Part shown: positions 17,440 through 26,702 of the stretch, one piece after another
How the letters are laid out: every line of letters begins with the position of its first letter
How positions within the stretch are numbered: the first letter of the stretch is position 1
From: Fimbriimonadaceae bacterium
Lineage (GTDB): Bacteria; Armatimonadota; Fimbriimonadia; Fimbriimonadales; Fimbriimonadaceae
Assembly: GCA_046597875.1 (NCBI GenBank)
Contig: JBKJJL010000224.1
Coordinates: 1 to 60,266 of the forward strand
Reading direction: 5' to 3'
Length of the DNA stretch: 60,266 nucleotides
Position numbers and translations under genes: made by a program
The notes under the pieces: model-generated
The model's database searches: none
The model's input: only the letters and a program-made list of their open reading frames with translations
What the model was told of the DNA's origin: nothing

Positions 17440-18231
17440 TTAAAGCCTCTCCTCAAAGGCAAAACGTAGTATACAGGGGATTCCAAAATCTCTAGCTCGT
17501 AAAATTACTGGTTTTGAAAGGGAAGTCCTGAATATCTGATCATCATGGATGGAGGTAAGAGTCCTATGAACCTGACGCGGCTCATAAACTGGAACCCGCC
17601 GGAAGAATCCAGCCAAAGATGCCCAGCCCAAGAAAGTCAGTGCGACAAAGAGGCAGAAAGAGATTTTCATCACAGCCGCTTGGGCTCGTTCTGTTCCTGC
17701 GAAAGCCCCTCGCTTGCCGAATGTCCAAAGTCCGTAGGACAAGTGGTAACTTGCGGTTAGAACTCCCAGGGCGTAGATGCCAAGAATAACATAGCCACTA
17801 CTCGAAAGCTGGGCCTGCATAGCGGCATAGTTGACCACTTCTGGATTGTTCCCGCGCAGCTTTACTTGGAGCGTGGTCGTGCAAAAGTGAAAGATCACAA
17901 AAACAGCCAGAAAAACGCCCGCGATCTTCTGCAACAGGACAATGCGGTGGTGACGCTTGTCTTCGTTGCTCTCTTGGCGGCTTGCAATAATGACTCCATA
18001 AATCATGTGGAAGGCCAGCGGCACCCACACGAGGAGAGCCTCTAATCCAATCTGAATGGATACGGGGACGCGGTAGAGAAATCTATTAACTCGGTCGTAT
18101 GTCTCGGGGCCGGAAAGGCTAAAGCTAAGGACGCCCAGATGATAAATCGTAAAGATCCCCAGGGGCACAACTCCTGCGATGGAGTGCAGTTTCTGCCAGA
18201 AGGATAGCTCTCGACCATGGGCAGATGCCAC
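17440..18231 (-). CDS. succinate dehydrogenase/fumarate reductase cytochrome b558-family membrane subunit-like protein
   Basis: Five TM helices. Four His in the positions of B. subtilis SdhC haem ligands (TIYHLG, FHMIYG, IFHFC, YHLSYGLW). The stop abuts the start of the PEP-CTERM gene. No sdhA/sdhB in the window. Confidence 0.55.
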   Translation of the reverse strand: MASAHGRELSFWQKLHSIAGVVPLGIFTIYHLGVLSFSLSGPETYDRVNRFLYRVPVSIQIGLEALLVWVPLAFHMIYGVIIASRQESNEDKRHHRIVLLQKIAGVFLAVFVIFHFCTTTLQVKLRGNNPEVVNYAAMQAQLSSSGYVILGIYALGVLTASYHLSYGLWTFGKRGAFAGTERAQAAVMKISFCLFVALTFLGWASLAGFFRRVPVYEPRQVHRTLTSIHDDQIFRTSLSKPVILRARDFGIPCILRFAFEERL

Positions 18232-18416
18232 CCAAGGATGTTACCGTTTTGGCCAGTTGACCGCTTCGTTCGTGAGCCGTGCTCGTACACTCACCCAGCC
18301 AGACCCTTCCGTAGACCTCGGGATGAAGATTTCGATGGCGCATGCACAACTGTCGAAACTCATCGTTGTTGGCTCCGGACGAAAGGACGGCGGCCGTAGC
18401 GTGCCTGCGGCAAGGA

Positions 18417-19070
18417 TTACCCCTTTGAAACGGAGCCCGCGCCTTCTATCGACTTCTTCACACTCGCGCCGCCCCGATACCGAATGTCCCCGGCCCCATT
18501 GATCTCCGCGTCGAGGTCGGTGTCGGCGTGCAGCTCAATCGTGCCCGCGCCATTGATGCTTGCGCTCACCTTCGATGACTTCAGATCGAACGCATGAATA
18601 TCGCCCGCTCCATCGATTCCCAGCTTCACCGAGTTCGCCCGTCCGGTTAGGTCGATCGTGCCCGCTCCGTCAATTTGAGCCACGAACGTAGCCCCTTCGA
18701 TCCCCGAGATTTTCGCATCCCCCGCGCCATCGATTCCAAACTCGGACAGCGACGGAGTCGTAATGACCACCTTTAGTTTGGTGGGGTTGACCGACTTATC
18801 GGTGGATATGATCAACTGGTCATTCTTCACCGTTGTCTTCAAGTGCTTTTCCAGATTGTCATCAATCGTGACCTCGATCGAGGTCGTTTTGCCAACCGTA
18901 ATCTGAACGTCCGCGGGACCCTCGCTGAGAACCTTCGAGAAGGCTCCAACGGATCGTTTGACCGTCGTCAGCTTGCCAGAACCTGGCGTCCCGCTTCCAA
19001 AATGGGATAGGGCGCATCCGCCGAGGGACATCGAGCAAAGAAGAAGGAGTGCGAGCTTCATGCGTTCCAT
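18417..19070 (-). CDS. GIN-domain (DUF2807) lipoprotein
   Basis: Start at MERMKLALLLLCSMSLGGCA (lipobox). Repeated beta-helix motifs GAGD/GAGT (IDGAGDAKI, IDGAGTIDL, IDGAGDIHA, INGAGTIEL, INGAGDIRY). Confidence 0.8.
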   Translation of the reverse strand: MERMKLALLLLCSMSLGGCALSHFGSGTPGSGKLTTVKRSVGAFSKVLSEGPADVQITVGKTTSIEVTIDDNLEKHLKTTVKNDQLIISTDKSVNPTKLKVVITTPSLSEFGIDGAGDAKISGIEGATFVAQIDGAGTIDLTGRANSVKLGIDGAGDIHAFDLKSSKVSASINGAGTIELHADTDLDAEINGAGDIRYRGGASVKKSIEGAGSVSKG

Positions 19071-19133
19071 GATATTCGGTCCCAGGACCGAAGGCCTAGG
19101 ACTACTGACGGGTTCCAAACACGGGCTGCCCCG

Positions 19134-19154
19134 GGTATTGGGTATTGGGTATTA
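19134..19154. repeat. 3 x 7-bp tandem repeat GGTATTG, flanked by CCCC and GGGGG
   Basis: GGTATTG GGTATTG GGTATTA lies in the intergenic region upstream of the GIN-domain gene. The motif is related to the GGTGTT/AATACC octamers at 36567-36673. Confidence 0.6.
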
Positions 19155-19170
19155 GGGGGAAGGTATATCC

Positions 19171-19202
19171 AAAAAATGCCTCCATCCGAATCGGATGGAG
19201 GC
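19171..19202 (-). terminator. Rho-independent terminator of the prepilin-like gene 19221..20042
   Basis: On the minus strand: GCCUCCAUCCG-AUU-CGGAUGGAGGC followed by AUUUUUU, 18 nt after the stop codon. Confidence 0.8.
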
Positions 19203-19220
19203 TGTCAGAACCCATACTGA

Positions 19221-20042
19221 TCAGGTTCGGGGTTCGCCGTTGAAGTCCGGAATACCGTTCAGATCATACGGCAACTCGAAACACTCGATGATGTTCGCTG
19301 GATTCGCCGAATCCGGGCCAGTACCATACAGCTTGGCGTTCGACTTGAACCACTTGCTGTGGCTGTCCGCGAAGTTCACGCAGATTCCCTTCGTGTAGCG
19401 AGGAAAGCCAGCAAAGTTCGTCCGATCAAGGGGACCAGCCGGGGTTCGGTAGGCCGCGCGATAGGGATAGAGTGGATCGGCGGTCGCGGGAACGTTCTCG
19501 TTCACGACGCCTGCCTTCTGATACCTTGAGTCGAAGAACATCGGGGTGCCCGAAACGTCATTCAATGCGCCTTCGCTGACCACGGGGTCGTTGCCGAAAA
19601 GGTTCGGAGCAACCGCAGGATCCTCGAACAGGGCGAAGTTGAACGCGAACCCAGCGCGCTCGATTCTCTCGGCGGGCGTCATGCCAATCGCCGCTAGAAT
19701 CGACTTCCATTTGATCGCGTCCTCGTCGCCAGGTGCCATTAAGATGTCCTTGTTCTTCGCGTAAGGCTGCAACGCATCATAGATTGCGAAGACCCGCGCG
19801 CCGGGCATCACGATGCCGTTGGGGGTATTCAGCGAATAGGCGCTTTGGCCAAAGTATCCGTCGTAATCCGTATTGTACAAAAGTACAGAGGTGGCGTTTT
19901 GCTTGAGGTTGCTCAAAGCAGCCGTTTTCTTGGCAGCTTCCTTGGCCTGGGCAAACACCGGGAACAGGATCGCGGCGAGGATTGCGATAATCGCAATCAC
20001 AACCAGCAACTCAATGAGCGTAAATGCAGCTCTTTTTGTCAT
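19221..20042 (-). CDS. prepilin-type N-terminal cleavage/methylation domain protein (pseudopilin-like, DUF1559-like)
   Basis: Start at [34 protein letters not shown] (20042). C-terminal ...[13 protein letters not shown]. Confidence 0.85.
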   Translation of the reverse strand: MTKRAAFTLIELLVVIAIIAILAAILFPVFAQAKEAAKKTAALSNLKQNATSVLLYNTDYDGYFGQSAYSLNTPNGIVMPGARVFAIYDALQPYAKNKDILMAPGDEDAIKWKSILAAIGMTPAERIERAGFAFNFALFEDPAVAPNLFGNDPVVSEGALNDVSGTPMFFDSRYQKAGVVNENVPATADPLYPYRAAYRTPAGPLDRTNFAGFPRYTKGICVNFADSHSKWFKSNAKLYGTGPDSANPANIIECFELPYDLNGIPDFNGEPRT

Positions 20043-20249
20043 ACAAAGTCCTCCATCATCAAGAAAGCGACGCATCATTGACGTCGCCCCCGGGCCGAAT
20101 CAATCACTCGGCAAAGAATGATAGCTCATTGCCTCATGTTAAACCAAGGTTAGCCCTAACAGGTTTTGTGAAGTTTTCCACATGGGCATTTATGGAGTTC
20201 CAAATCGTCGACCGCCCGGTACAATCGTTGCAAGGTGACGCAGGTTCAA

Positions 20250-20981
20250 ATGGGGGCGAGGGACACTTTGACGCTTCTAGGGGTGCCGATTGATCGTGTT
20301 ACGATGGCCGAGGCGTTGGCTCGTATCGAGGCTTTCATCGCTTCTGGGGAACCCCACTTCGTCGCCACCGCCGATGCCAGTATGCTGGTGGACGCGCATG
20401 ACCTTGGTTCCTTTGGAGACCTGCTGAGATCAGCGGCGCTGGTAACGCCCGACAGTGCGGGCATCCTCTGGGCGGCGAAGAGAGCGGGGAAGCCCATCGG
20501 AGCTAAAGTGAGCGGCGTGGAACTGGTGGACCAGATTTGCCGGCTCAGCGCGGAAAAGGGGTACCGCATTTACTTCCTCGGGGCAGCACCCGGAGTTGCG
20601 GAAATGGCGGCCGATCGGCTTCGCCTTCGCCATCCGGGGTGCAACATTGTCGGAGCACGCCACGGTTACTTCCCGGCGAGCGATGATGAACTCATTGCAA
20701 CAGAGGTCGCGGAATCGAAACCCAATGTCCTTTTCGTCGCGATGGGTATCCCCCGGCAAGAGCAGTTCATTGAGAAGACTCAATCCATCATTGGCGCGCA
20801 GGTCGCAATGGGGGTCGGAGGTTCCCTCGACGTGTATAGCGGGAAGGTGAAACGCGCTCCTCTTGCGTTTCAGAAGTTGCGGCTGGAATGGCTGTGGCGG
20901 CTTCTGCTCAATCCAAGCAAGTGGCGCAAGGCGATGAAGCTGCCGCGATTTGTGATGATGATTCTGAGGTCCCCGAAGTGA
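20250..20981 (+). CDS. WecB/TagA/CpsF family glycosyltransferase
   Basis: Motifs LLGVPIDRVT, VTPDSAGILWAAK, RIYFLGAAPG and VLFVAMGIPRQE. ATG at 20250 has AGGTGA upstream; a GTG at 20235 is the alternative start. Confidence 0.85.
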   Translation: MGARDTLTLLGVPIDRVTMAEALARIEAFIASGEPHFVATADASMLVDAHDLGSFGDLLRSAALVTPDSAGILWAAKRAGKPIGAKVSGVELVDQICRLSAEKGYRIYFLGAAPGVAEMAADRLRLRHPGCNIVGARHGYFPASDDELIATEVAESKPNVLFVAMGIPRQEQFIEKTQSIIGAQVAMGVGGSLDVYSGKVKRAPLAFQKLRLEWLWRLLLNPSKWRKAMKLPRFVMMILRSPK

Positions 20982-21523
20982 AGATCTACACAAAAACGGG
21001 GGACGACGGGACGACCGGCCTGGTGGGCGGGAGCAGGATTCGGAAGGAAGATGCCCGGATTGAGGCGATCGGATGCGTAGACGAGCTTAACGCGGCGATC
21101 GGCTGGTCGCGCGTCGCGGGACTGCCGGTGCCGATTGAGGAGGTCCTATGTGAGGTTCAAAGTCGGCTTTTCGACGTCGGGGCGGAGCTGGCTACTTTGC
21201 CCGATGGGCGATTTACCAATGCGTCCCTGGGTCAGGAAGATATTGAGCAACTGGAGTCCTCGATGGACTTCCAAACCGAGACATTGGCCCCGCTGAAGAA
21301 CTTCATCCTGCCTGGGGGAACCGAAGCCGCCTCGCGTTTGCATCTTGCTCGAACGATTTGTCGGCGAGCCGAGCGCCACGTTTTAAGGATTGACCCGACT
21401 CCAAGGCCCGAAATCGTTCATTATCTAAACCGACTGTCCGATTGGCTATTCGTCGCCGCGCGAACCACCAACGCAACATCAAACGTCGAAGATATCAAGT
21501 GGTCCTCTCAAGGAGGCTCGTAA
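20978..21523 (+). CDS. PduO-type ATP:cob(I)alamin adenosyltransferase
   Basis: GTG at 20978 overlaps the tagA-like stop (GTGA) and gives the canonical N-terminus (M)KIYTKTGDDGTTGL. The track ORF from 20888 adds a non-homologous extension. Confidence 0.85.
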   Translation: MKIYTKTGDDGTTGLVGGSRIRKEDARIEAIGCVDELNAAIGWSRVAGLPVPIEEVLCEVQSRLFDVGAELATLPDGRFTNASLGQEDIEQLESSMDFQTETLAPLKNFILPGGTEAASRLHLARTICRRAERHVLRIDPTPRPEIVHYLNRLSDWLFVAARTTNATSNVEDIKWSSQGGS

Positions 21524-21527
21524 AGTT

Positions 21528-22277
21528 ATGCATGCTCTGATCGCCAGTCTCGTCGCTTTCACTTTTCAAGGGGGCGCCGCTCAAACGGAAGCTCCCCAAA
21601 CGGAGACCGCGGGTCAAACCGTCTCCAAAATGATGGCCCACTACTACGGGGCCAAAGTACTGATTGGCACGATCATCCTTAACCAGCGATCGGGGAGCAA
21701 GGTGGCGACAATCGCGACTCAGCTTCAGGTTCAGAGCCCCAATAGAGTTTTTCTTCGGCAAAGGCTCGACGCATCCTATGGCCAAGTCGAATGGCTCGTG
21801 ACTTCAGACGGGAACTCGTTTACATACGATCCTCCTAAGGGGATCGAAGGCAAGCGCCTGATGGAATCGTGTTGGCAGAACGGGATTTCATTTACCTATC
21901 GGAACGTGTACCAGGCGGTCGTTCAAAGTCTAGGGGATCGCTCGACACCACTCGATCTTGTTATGGGTCGGCGCGAGGACTTGGAGTATCGGAGGCTACA
22001 GTGGGCGACGCTCACCAAACTCGGCGATTCGAAACTGGGCGATGTCCCGGTAACCGTGGTCGGGGGCAAGCTTCGGGACTACGGCAAGGCGCCGGTCAGC
22101 GGACAATACGAAATGTACATCGACGCCAAGTATCAACTTTTGCGCTACGTCGAGCACGAGTCGGTCGCCGTTAAGGTGAATGGGCAGGATGTCGTTCAGG
22201 CCGTCGAGTCGGTCTGGGATGTGAACATCGCGATTGATGGGACGGTTGATCCCGCGCTATTCAAGGTCATTCGGTAA
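21528..22277 (+). CDS. hypothetical secreted protein (LolA-like / lipoprotein-sorting-like fold suspected)
   Basis: 249 aa with a signal-like N-terminus and beta-rich composition. The family assignment is tentative. Confidence 0.4.
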   Translation: MHALIASLVAFTFQGGAAQTEAPQTETAGQTVSKMMAHYYGAKVLIGTIILNQRSGSKVATIATQLQVQSPNRVFLRQRLDASYGQVEWLVTSDGNSFTYDPPKGIEGKRLMESCWQNGISFTYRNVYQAVVQSLGDRSTPLDLVMGRREDLEYRRLQWATLTKLGDSKLGDVPVTVVGGKLRDYGKAPVSGQYEMYIDAKYQLLRYVEHESVAVKVNGQDVVQAVESVWDVNIAIDGTVDPALFKVIR

Positions 22278-22365
22278 GGCAACGTCCCCACTTCCTTTGC
22301 TAAGAAGCAGACGCTTCGAATGGAAGGGAGCCAAGACCGGTATCCTACGCCCTTGATGGGATTCG

Positions 22366-22965
22366 ATGCGCACTAATGTTGTCCTCATTGACTACGAGAA
22401 CGTCAAAGCAGTTGACCTGCATGAACTGAAACGCCCCGACGTTCAGGTCATCGTCTTTATCGGAAGCAATCAGTTGAAGGTGCCATCGGAGTTGGCAATC
22501 CAAATGCAATCCCTTGGAGAGCGAGGGAAATACGTGCAGATTTGTGGAAATGGGTCCAATGCATTGGACTTTCACATCGCGTTCACGATAGGTGAAATGT
22601 GCTCGGCCGAAGTTCCCACGTTCTTTCACATCATATCCAAAGATCAGGGTTTTGACCCGTTGATCGCCTACTTGAAGTCACGGAACATCCTTGCCGCTCG
22701 CTCCAAGTCTATCGGAGACGTGCCATTCGTGAAAGCCTCTCAGCCAAAGACGGCGGTGGCTCGAGCTGATTACCTGATTGAAAAGTTGTCTGCTCCCAAG
22801 GCGACTAAACCGCGCACCGTGAAGACGTTGGCCAACGCAGTACGGGCTGTGTTTAACCGCCAACTCTCAGACGAAGAGATCGCCGATGTTCTATCCATCC
22901 TGTCCAAGCGCCGATTCACCACAGTTGAAGGGGACAAGGTCACTTATCCTGGCCTAGTCGGCTAA
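22366..22965 (+). CDS. NYN/PIN-like nuclease domain protein with C-terminal helical (wHTH-like) extension
   Basis: Pattern VVLIDYENV ... GSNALDFHIAFTIGE ... FHIISKDQGFDPLIAYLKSRNI matches the LabA/NYN acidic-residue layout. GC is visibly lower than in the neighbours. Confidence 0.6.
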   Translation: MRTNVVLIDYENVKAVDLHELKRPDVQVIVFIGSNQLKVPSELAIQMQSLGERGKYVQICGNGSNALDFHIAFTIGEMCSAEVPTFFHIISKDQGFDPLIAYLKSRNILAARSKSIGDVPFVKASQPKTAVARADYLIEKLSAPKATKPRTVKTLANAVRAVFNRQLSDEEIADVLSILSKRRFTTVEGDKVTYPGLVG

Positions 22966-23021
22966 TGTGGTGGCACCGTTCCTGTGCCGGAACATTTGAC
23001 TTATTGTGAAACTGCCTGGGA

Positions 23022-23531
23022 TCAGCGATCAACCCGGTACTTTTCGATCAGCTGCACCGCTTCGACGACATCCTTCCAGCCGACAACTTCGACTTCCTTT
23101 TCTTCCAAGGTCTTGTACACCTCGAAAAAGTGGTTGATTTCTTTCAGTGTGTGAGGATTCAGGTCGTTCAGGGACTTGCGATTATTAAAGCGGGGGTCTC
23201 GCGTCGCTACGCAGAGGATTTTCTCGTCGGGGCCCATTTCGTCTCGCATTTCGAGCACGCCAATCGCCCGGGCTTCGACGATGCATCCGGGGAACATGGG
23301 ATGCATCGACATCACGAGGACGTCGATCGCGTCGCCGTCAAGATACAGAGTTTGCGGGATAAAGCCGTAATCGAACGGATAAAAAAGCGGAGAATAGAGC
23401 ACCCGATCGAGGCGCAGCATGCCCGATTCCTTGTCAAGTTCGTACTTATTGGTGCTCCCTTTCGGAATCTCGATAACGGTGTTAAAGATAAGCGGCGCAT
23501 TGGGGCCGATTTTTACGTTGAGCAGGGACAT
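23022..23531 (-). CDS. ppa: inorganic pyrophosphatase (family I)
   Basis: Start at MSLLNVKIG. Motifs EIPKGSTNKYELD, YGFIPQT and DGDAIDVLV. Confidence 0.9.
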   Translation of the reverse strand: MSLLNVKIGPNAPLIFNTVIEIPKGSTNKYELDKESGMLRLDRVLYSPLFYPFDYGFIPQTLYLDGDAIDVLVMSMHPMFPGCIVEARAIGVLEMRDEMGPDEKILCVATRDPRFNNRKSLNDLNPHTLKEINHFFEVYKTLEEKEVEVVGWKDVVEAVQLIEKYRVDR

Positions 23532-23596
23532 GGGTCCCGTAATGGTACCGGGACATGCCTCCACGCTGGGGAGGGTGGAGGCATGCGCAAAAGGAA

Positions 23597-24067
23597 TTAC
23601 TTCCCGTACTTCTGAACATCGCTAAGGACTTCGACCTTGCAGATTTTCCATCCCGTGGGCGTTCGCCGCCACGTGTCCACACTTTCCGACAAGCTCGTCA
23701 TCGACATTCGTTTGCCGTCCATGATCGCCGACATGTTCAGGTCGGACGAACACCGCACCCGGCACTCATTGCCCATAAACCCGAAACTGTCGTTCTTCAT
23801 GGAAACTTTGTGAAAGGTGAGGCCCTTCATCGCCATCTGCCCCGACATCATGGTCTGGAACTCCTTTCGGCCCATGGATTGACCAGAAGGGAGCACCCAT
23901 ACAAAATCGCTCGTGCAGAGCCGCATCACTCGCTCCATGTCTTTGGCAACAATAGCTACCTTCAGCTTCGCGTATTGCTTCTCGATTGCGGCGATACCGC
24001 CACTTTGGTCAGCGCTCACTTGTATGGCAACCAGGGCCATAGGGACGAGCAAAATTAATTTCTTCAT
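23597..24067 (-). CDS. secreted SnoaL-like / DUF4440 (NTF2-fold) protein
   Basis: Start at MKKLILLVPMALVAIQVSA. Body with FVWVLPSGQSMGRKEF...WRRTPTGWKI, typical for the NTF2-like fold. Confidence 0.5.
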   Translation of the reverse strand: MKKLILLVPMALVAIQVSADQSGGIAAIEKQYAKLKVAIVAKDMERVMRLCTSDFVWVLPSGQSMGRKEFQTMMSGQMAMKGLTFHKVSMKNDSFGFMGNECRVRCSSDLNMSAIMDGKRMSMTSLSESVDTWRRTPTGWKICKVEVLSDVQKYGK

Positions 24068-24124
24068 TGGAACACCCTCCGCTAAGTACGTTAGCACGAA
24101 ATGGAGCCTGGCGACCAACTAGAC

Positions 24125-25018
24125 CTATTGAGGAGGGTTTGCCAGCGGATAGCGGACAACGTGATCCGGATACTGATCTAGCCTCGCCTTGCTCCAACGC
24201 ATCCAGCGCGTGTGTCCGTCGGCATACACGTAGTTTGCGCCTTGAACATGGCGATTGAAAGATATCCAACCCTCGTTTGGTCGGCTCCCGCTGCCCCATT
24301 GAACGAGGGCCGCTTCCCCGGCCCACGTGTCGTAATCGTCTTGAGGCGGGAAATAGAAGTCGCTCGAGGGATCGGCGAATCCTGCGCTATTACGCTCGGA
24401 GAACATGATGATGTTCGGATCTTCAAGCCCCGATAGTGCCGACTCAGTCGCGAATCCACCAAGGACGTTCTCCATCGCATAACGACACGACTTGTGCGTC
24501 CAAATCGAGTTGAGAAGGTAACTCCACATGGTCAGGTTGCCCTGACTTGCTAAACACAGCTCGGAGTTAGGGTCCAAGTCGCAGCTATCGCCAACGATTT
24601 CCGATCCTCCATTAAAACCGATAATGTCTCGACTCAGAAACTTGGAGCGCGCGGCAGGGTCATTCGGGCAAAACATGAAATCGCGATTCTTCATATAGGG
24701 TTGGAAGAAGATCGCCCACGGCTTCTCCGCCTGACTGTTCCCGAATCCCCCACCCTCACACTCAGCGGCGGTTGCAGGTAGGTTGGTGATCAGCGAACCG
24801 TCGTCAAGAACCCAGTCGTCGTGGTGCCGAAAAAGTGCACCGTCGTTATCTCCCAAGTACAGTTGGCTCGAAAGCGCGAGCTGACGAAGGTTAGAAATGC
24901 ACTGGGTCTTTTTCGCCGCTTGCTTGGTTTGGGCGAAGACAGGAAAGAGAATCGCAGCAAGAATGGTGATAATCGCAATGACGACCAGGAGTTCAATAAG
25001 GGTGAAGGCACGTCGCAT
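24125..25018 (-). CDS. prepilin-type N-terminal cleavage/methylation domain, H-X9-DG protein
   Basis: [33 protein letters not shown]-terminal [12 protein letters not shown] (H-X9-DG). Confidence 0.85.
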   Translation of the reverse strand: MRRAFTLIELLVVIAIITILAAILFPVFAQTKQAAKKTQCISNLRQLALSSQLYLGDNDGALFRHHDDWVLDDGSLITNLPATAAECEGGGFGNSQAEKPWAIFFQPYMKNRDFMFCPNDPAARSKFLSRDIIGFNGGSEIVGDSCDLDPNSELCLASQGNLTMWSYLLNSIWTHKSCRYAMENVLGGFATESALSGLEDPNIIMFSERNSAGFADPSSDFYFPPQDDYDTWAGEAALVQWGSGSRPNEGWISFNRHVQGANYVYADGHTRWMRWSKARLDQYPDHVVRYPLANPPQ

Positions 25019-25084
25019 GCGTAAAAGGTAGGGCCTCGACCTTTACGAAAGATGGTTGCCTTCTGAATGCTCGATGAAAACGGC

Positions 25085-25519
25085 TTAACCGAGGGCTTTC
25101 CGCTTCTTCTTTCGCCATTTCTTCAGTTCGCGGTCAAACTCTTCGCCCGTCGTAGACCACGCTGCTATGGCGTGGGACACCAGGCTGATTCCCCAACCTA
25201 AGATGACCCAGATGAACCAAGGATAGCGGGACCCGGTCATCCACCAGACGCCAACCAGGAACGCGTTCGTGCCCAGGTACGACGCGAAGTGCTGCATGAA
25301 GCCGGCTTTTCGCTCTCGTCTAAATGCTTCAATCTCGCTTCGGGTGGCGAGATCGGACGCGAACTCGGCTTCGGCGCGTTCGACTGCTTCCTTGGATATC
25401 CCCAGTTCCGCGGCAGTCTGTTCGAGTACGTGCCGCGAAAAATCGCTATTGCCATCAATGGCGGCAGCTCGCTTTAGGATCTCCTGAACCTCTCCGTCAG
25501 AGTACTCGTGTCGCGGCAT
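25085..25519 (-). CDS. 2TM domain-containing protein
   Basis: 144 aa. Soluble N-terminal helical module, then FASYLGTNAFLVGVWWMTG..YPWFIWVILGWGISLVSHAI (2TM pattern). Confidence 0.65.
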   Translation of the reverse strand: MPRHEYSDGEVQEILKRAAAIDGNSDFSRHVLEQTAAELGISKEAVERAEAEFASDLATRSEIEAFRRERKAGFMQHFASYLGTNAFLVGVWWMTGSRYPWFIWVILGWGISLVSHAIAAWSTTGEEFDRELKKWRKKKRKALG

Positions 25520-25698
25520 ATCTTCAAACTATACGCGATTCCCATTGATCGGCGTTGCATCCAATTTCCGAAAGCAGACTTTCAATATCCGAAAGGATCA
25601 CGCTTACTTTATTAAAGATATCGTAGGTATATGGTCCTATCGCGGTCCCAGACGGCCACGAACGGAGGGAATATCCCATACAATATAAAGCGAGGGAT

Positions 25699-26271
25699 AT
25701 GGTGAAACAAAACTTGACACGAGTTCTTGGATGGGAAGCCCATCTTGTAGAGCGAGCCGTCGCCGGAGAGACGGTCGCATTCGAGTTGCTAAGCGATCTC
25801 CATCGGCCTGCGTTGCAGGCGATGGCGAGCCGTATGCTCCGAAACAGCGACGACGCGAAGGACGCGGTTCAGGATACGATGCTGAAGGCGTTTCGCGCAA
25901 TCCGCGAGTTTGACGCCTCGCGGCCCATTCGGCCCTGGCTCTGCCGCATTTGTGCAAACTGTTGCGTGGATGTGGTCCGGGGCCGACGGCACTCCGGTGA
26001 GCCACTCGAAGCTCACGAATACATGCTTCAAGATCCGAGCGAACCGCTGGAAGAGCGAGCCGAGAAAGCGATGCACCAGCGCGCGATCGTTGATGCCATT
26101 CGAAGGCTCCCCGAGCGGTACCGCCGGATCATCTTCATGCGGCACTTCCGACACATGGAAGTGAATGAAATCGCCGAGGCCCTGAACGCGCCGGAAGGCA
26201 CGGTCAAGAGTTGGCTGTTCCGGGCGAGAGCGATGCTGAAGAAGGATTTGCAGGTTGCGCTCGTGGCCTAA
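25699..26271 (+). CDS. ECF-type RNA polymerase sigma-70 family factor
   Basis: 190 aa. Region 2 (DAKDAVQDTMLKAFRAIREFD..PIRPWLCRIC) and region 4 (RRIIFMRHFRHMEVNEIAEALNAPEGTVKSWLFRAR). Confidence 0.85.
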   Translation: MVKQNLTRVLGWEAHLVERAVAGETVAFELLSDLHRPALQAMASRMLRNSDDAKDAVQDTMLKAFRAIREFDASRPIRPWLCRICANCCVDVVRGRRHSGEPLEAHEYMLQDPSEPLEERAEKAMHQRAIVDAIRRLPERYRRIIFMRHFRHMEVNEIAEALNAPEGTVKSWLFRARAMLKKDLQVALVA

Positions 26272-26684
26272 GACTTCACGCTGAGTAAGTCTCGAATCTC
26301 GGTCAGCAGGGCCACATCTGCGGGAAGGGCTTCGGGCGCGGGCACTTCATCTTTAGCGCGTTGCATTTTGTTCATGGCCTTGACCATGAGGAAGATCACG
26401 AACGCGGTCACGATAAAGATAATAATGTTGCTCAAGAAGGCGCCGTAAGCGATCACGGCGCCTTCTTTCTTCGCCTCGACGAGTGTTTTCGCTGATTGTC
26501 CGGCGAGGGGAATGTACTTGTTGGCAATGTCTACGGTTCCCAGAGGAAGGGATATCACGGGCATGACGACGTCATCCACCAGCGAAGTCACGATCTTGCC
26601 AAAGGCCGCGCCAATAATGACGCCAACCGCCAAATCTACGACGTTGCCGCGGTTGATAAACTCCCTGAACTCTTTCAGCATCAA
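26268..26684 (-). CDS. mscL: large-conductance mechanosensitive channel
   Basis: MLKEFREFINRGNVVDLAVGVIIGAAFGKIVTSLVDDVVMP is near-consensus MscL. Confidence 0.92.
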   Translation of the reverse strand: MMLKEFREFINRGNVVDLAVGVIIGAAFGKIVTSLVDDVVMPVISLPLGTVDIANKYIPLAGQSAKTLVEAKKEGAVIAYGAFLSNIIIFIVTAFVIFLMVKAMNKMQRAKDEVPAPEALPADVALLTEIRDLLSVKS

Positions 26685-26702
26685 TAAAAATACGATTGGA
26701 AG

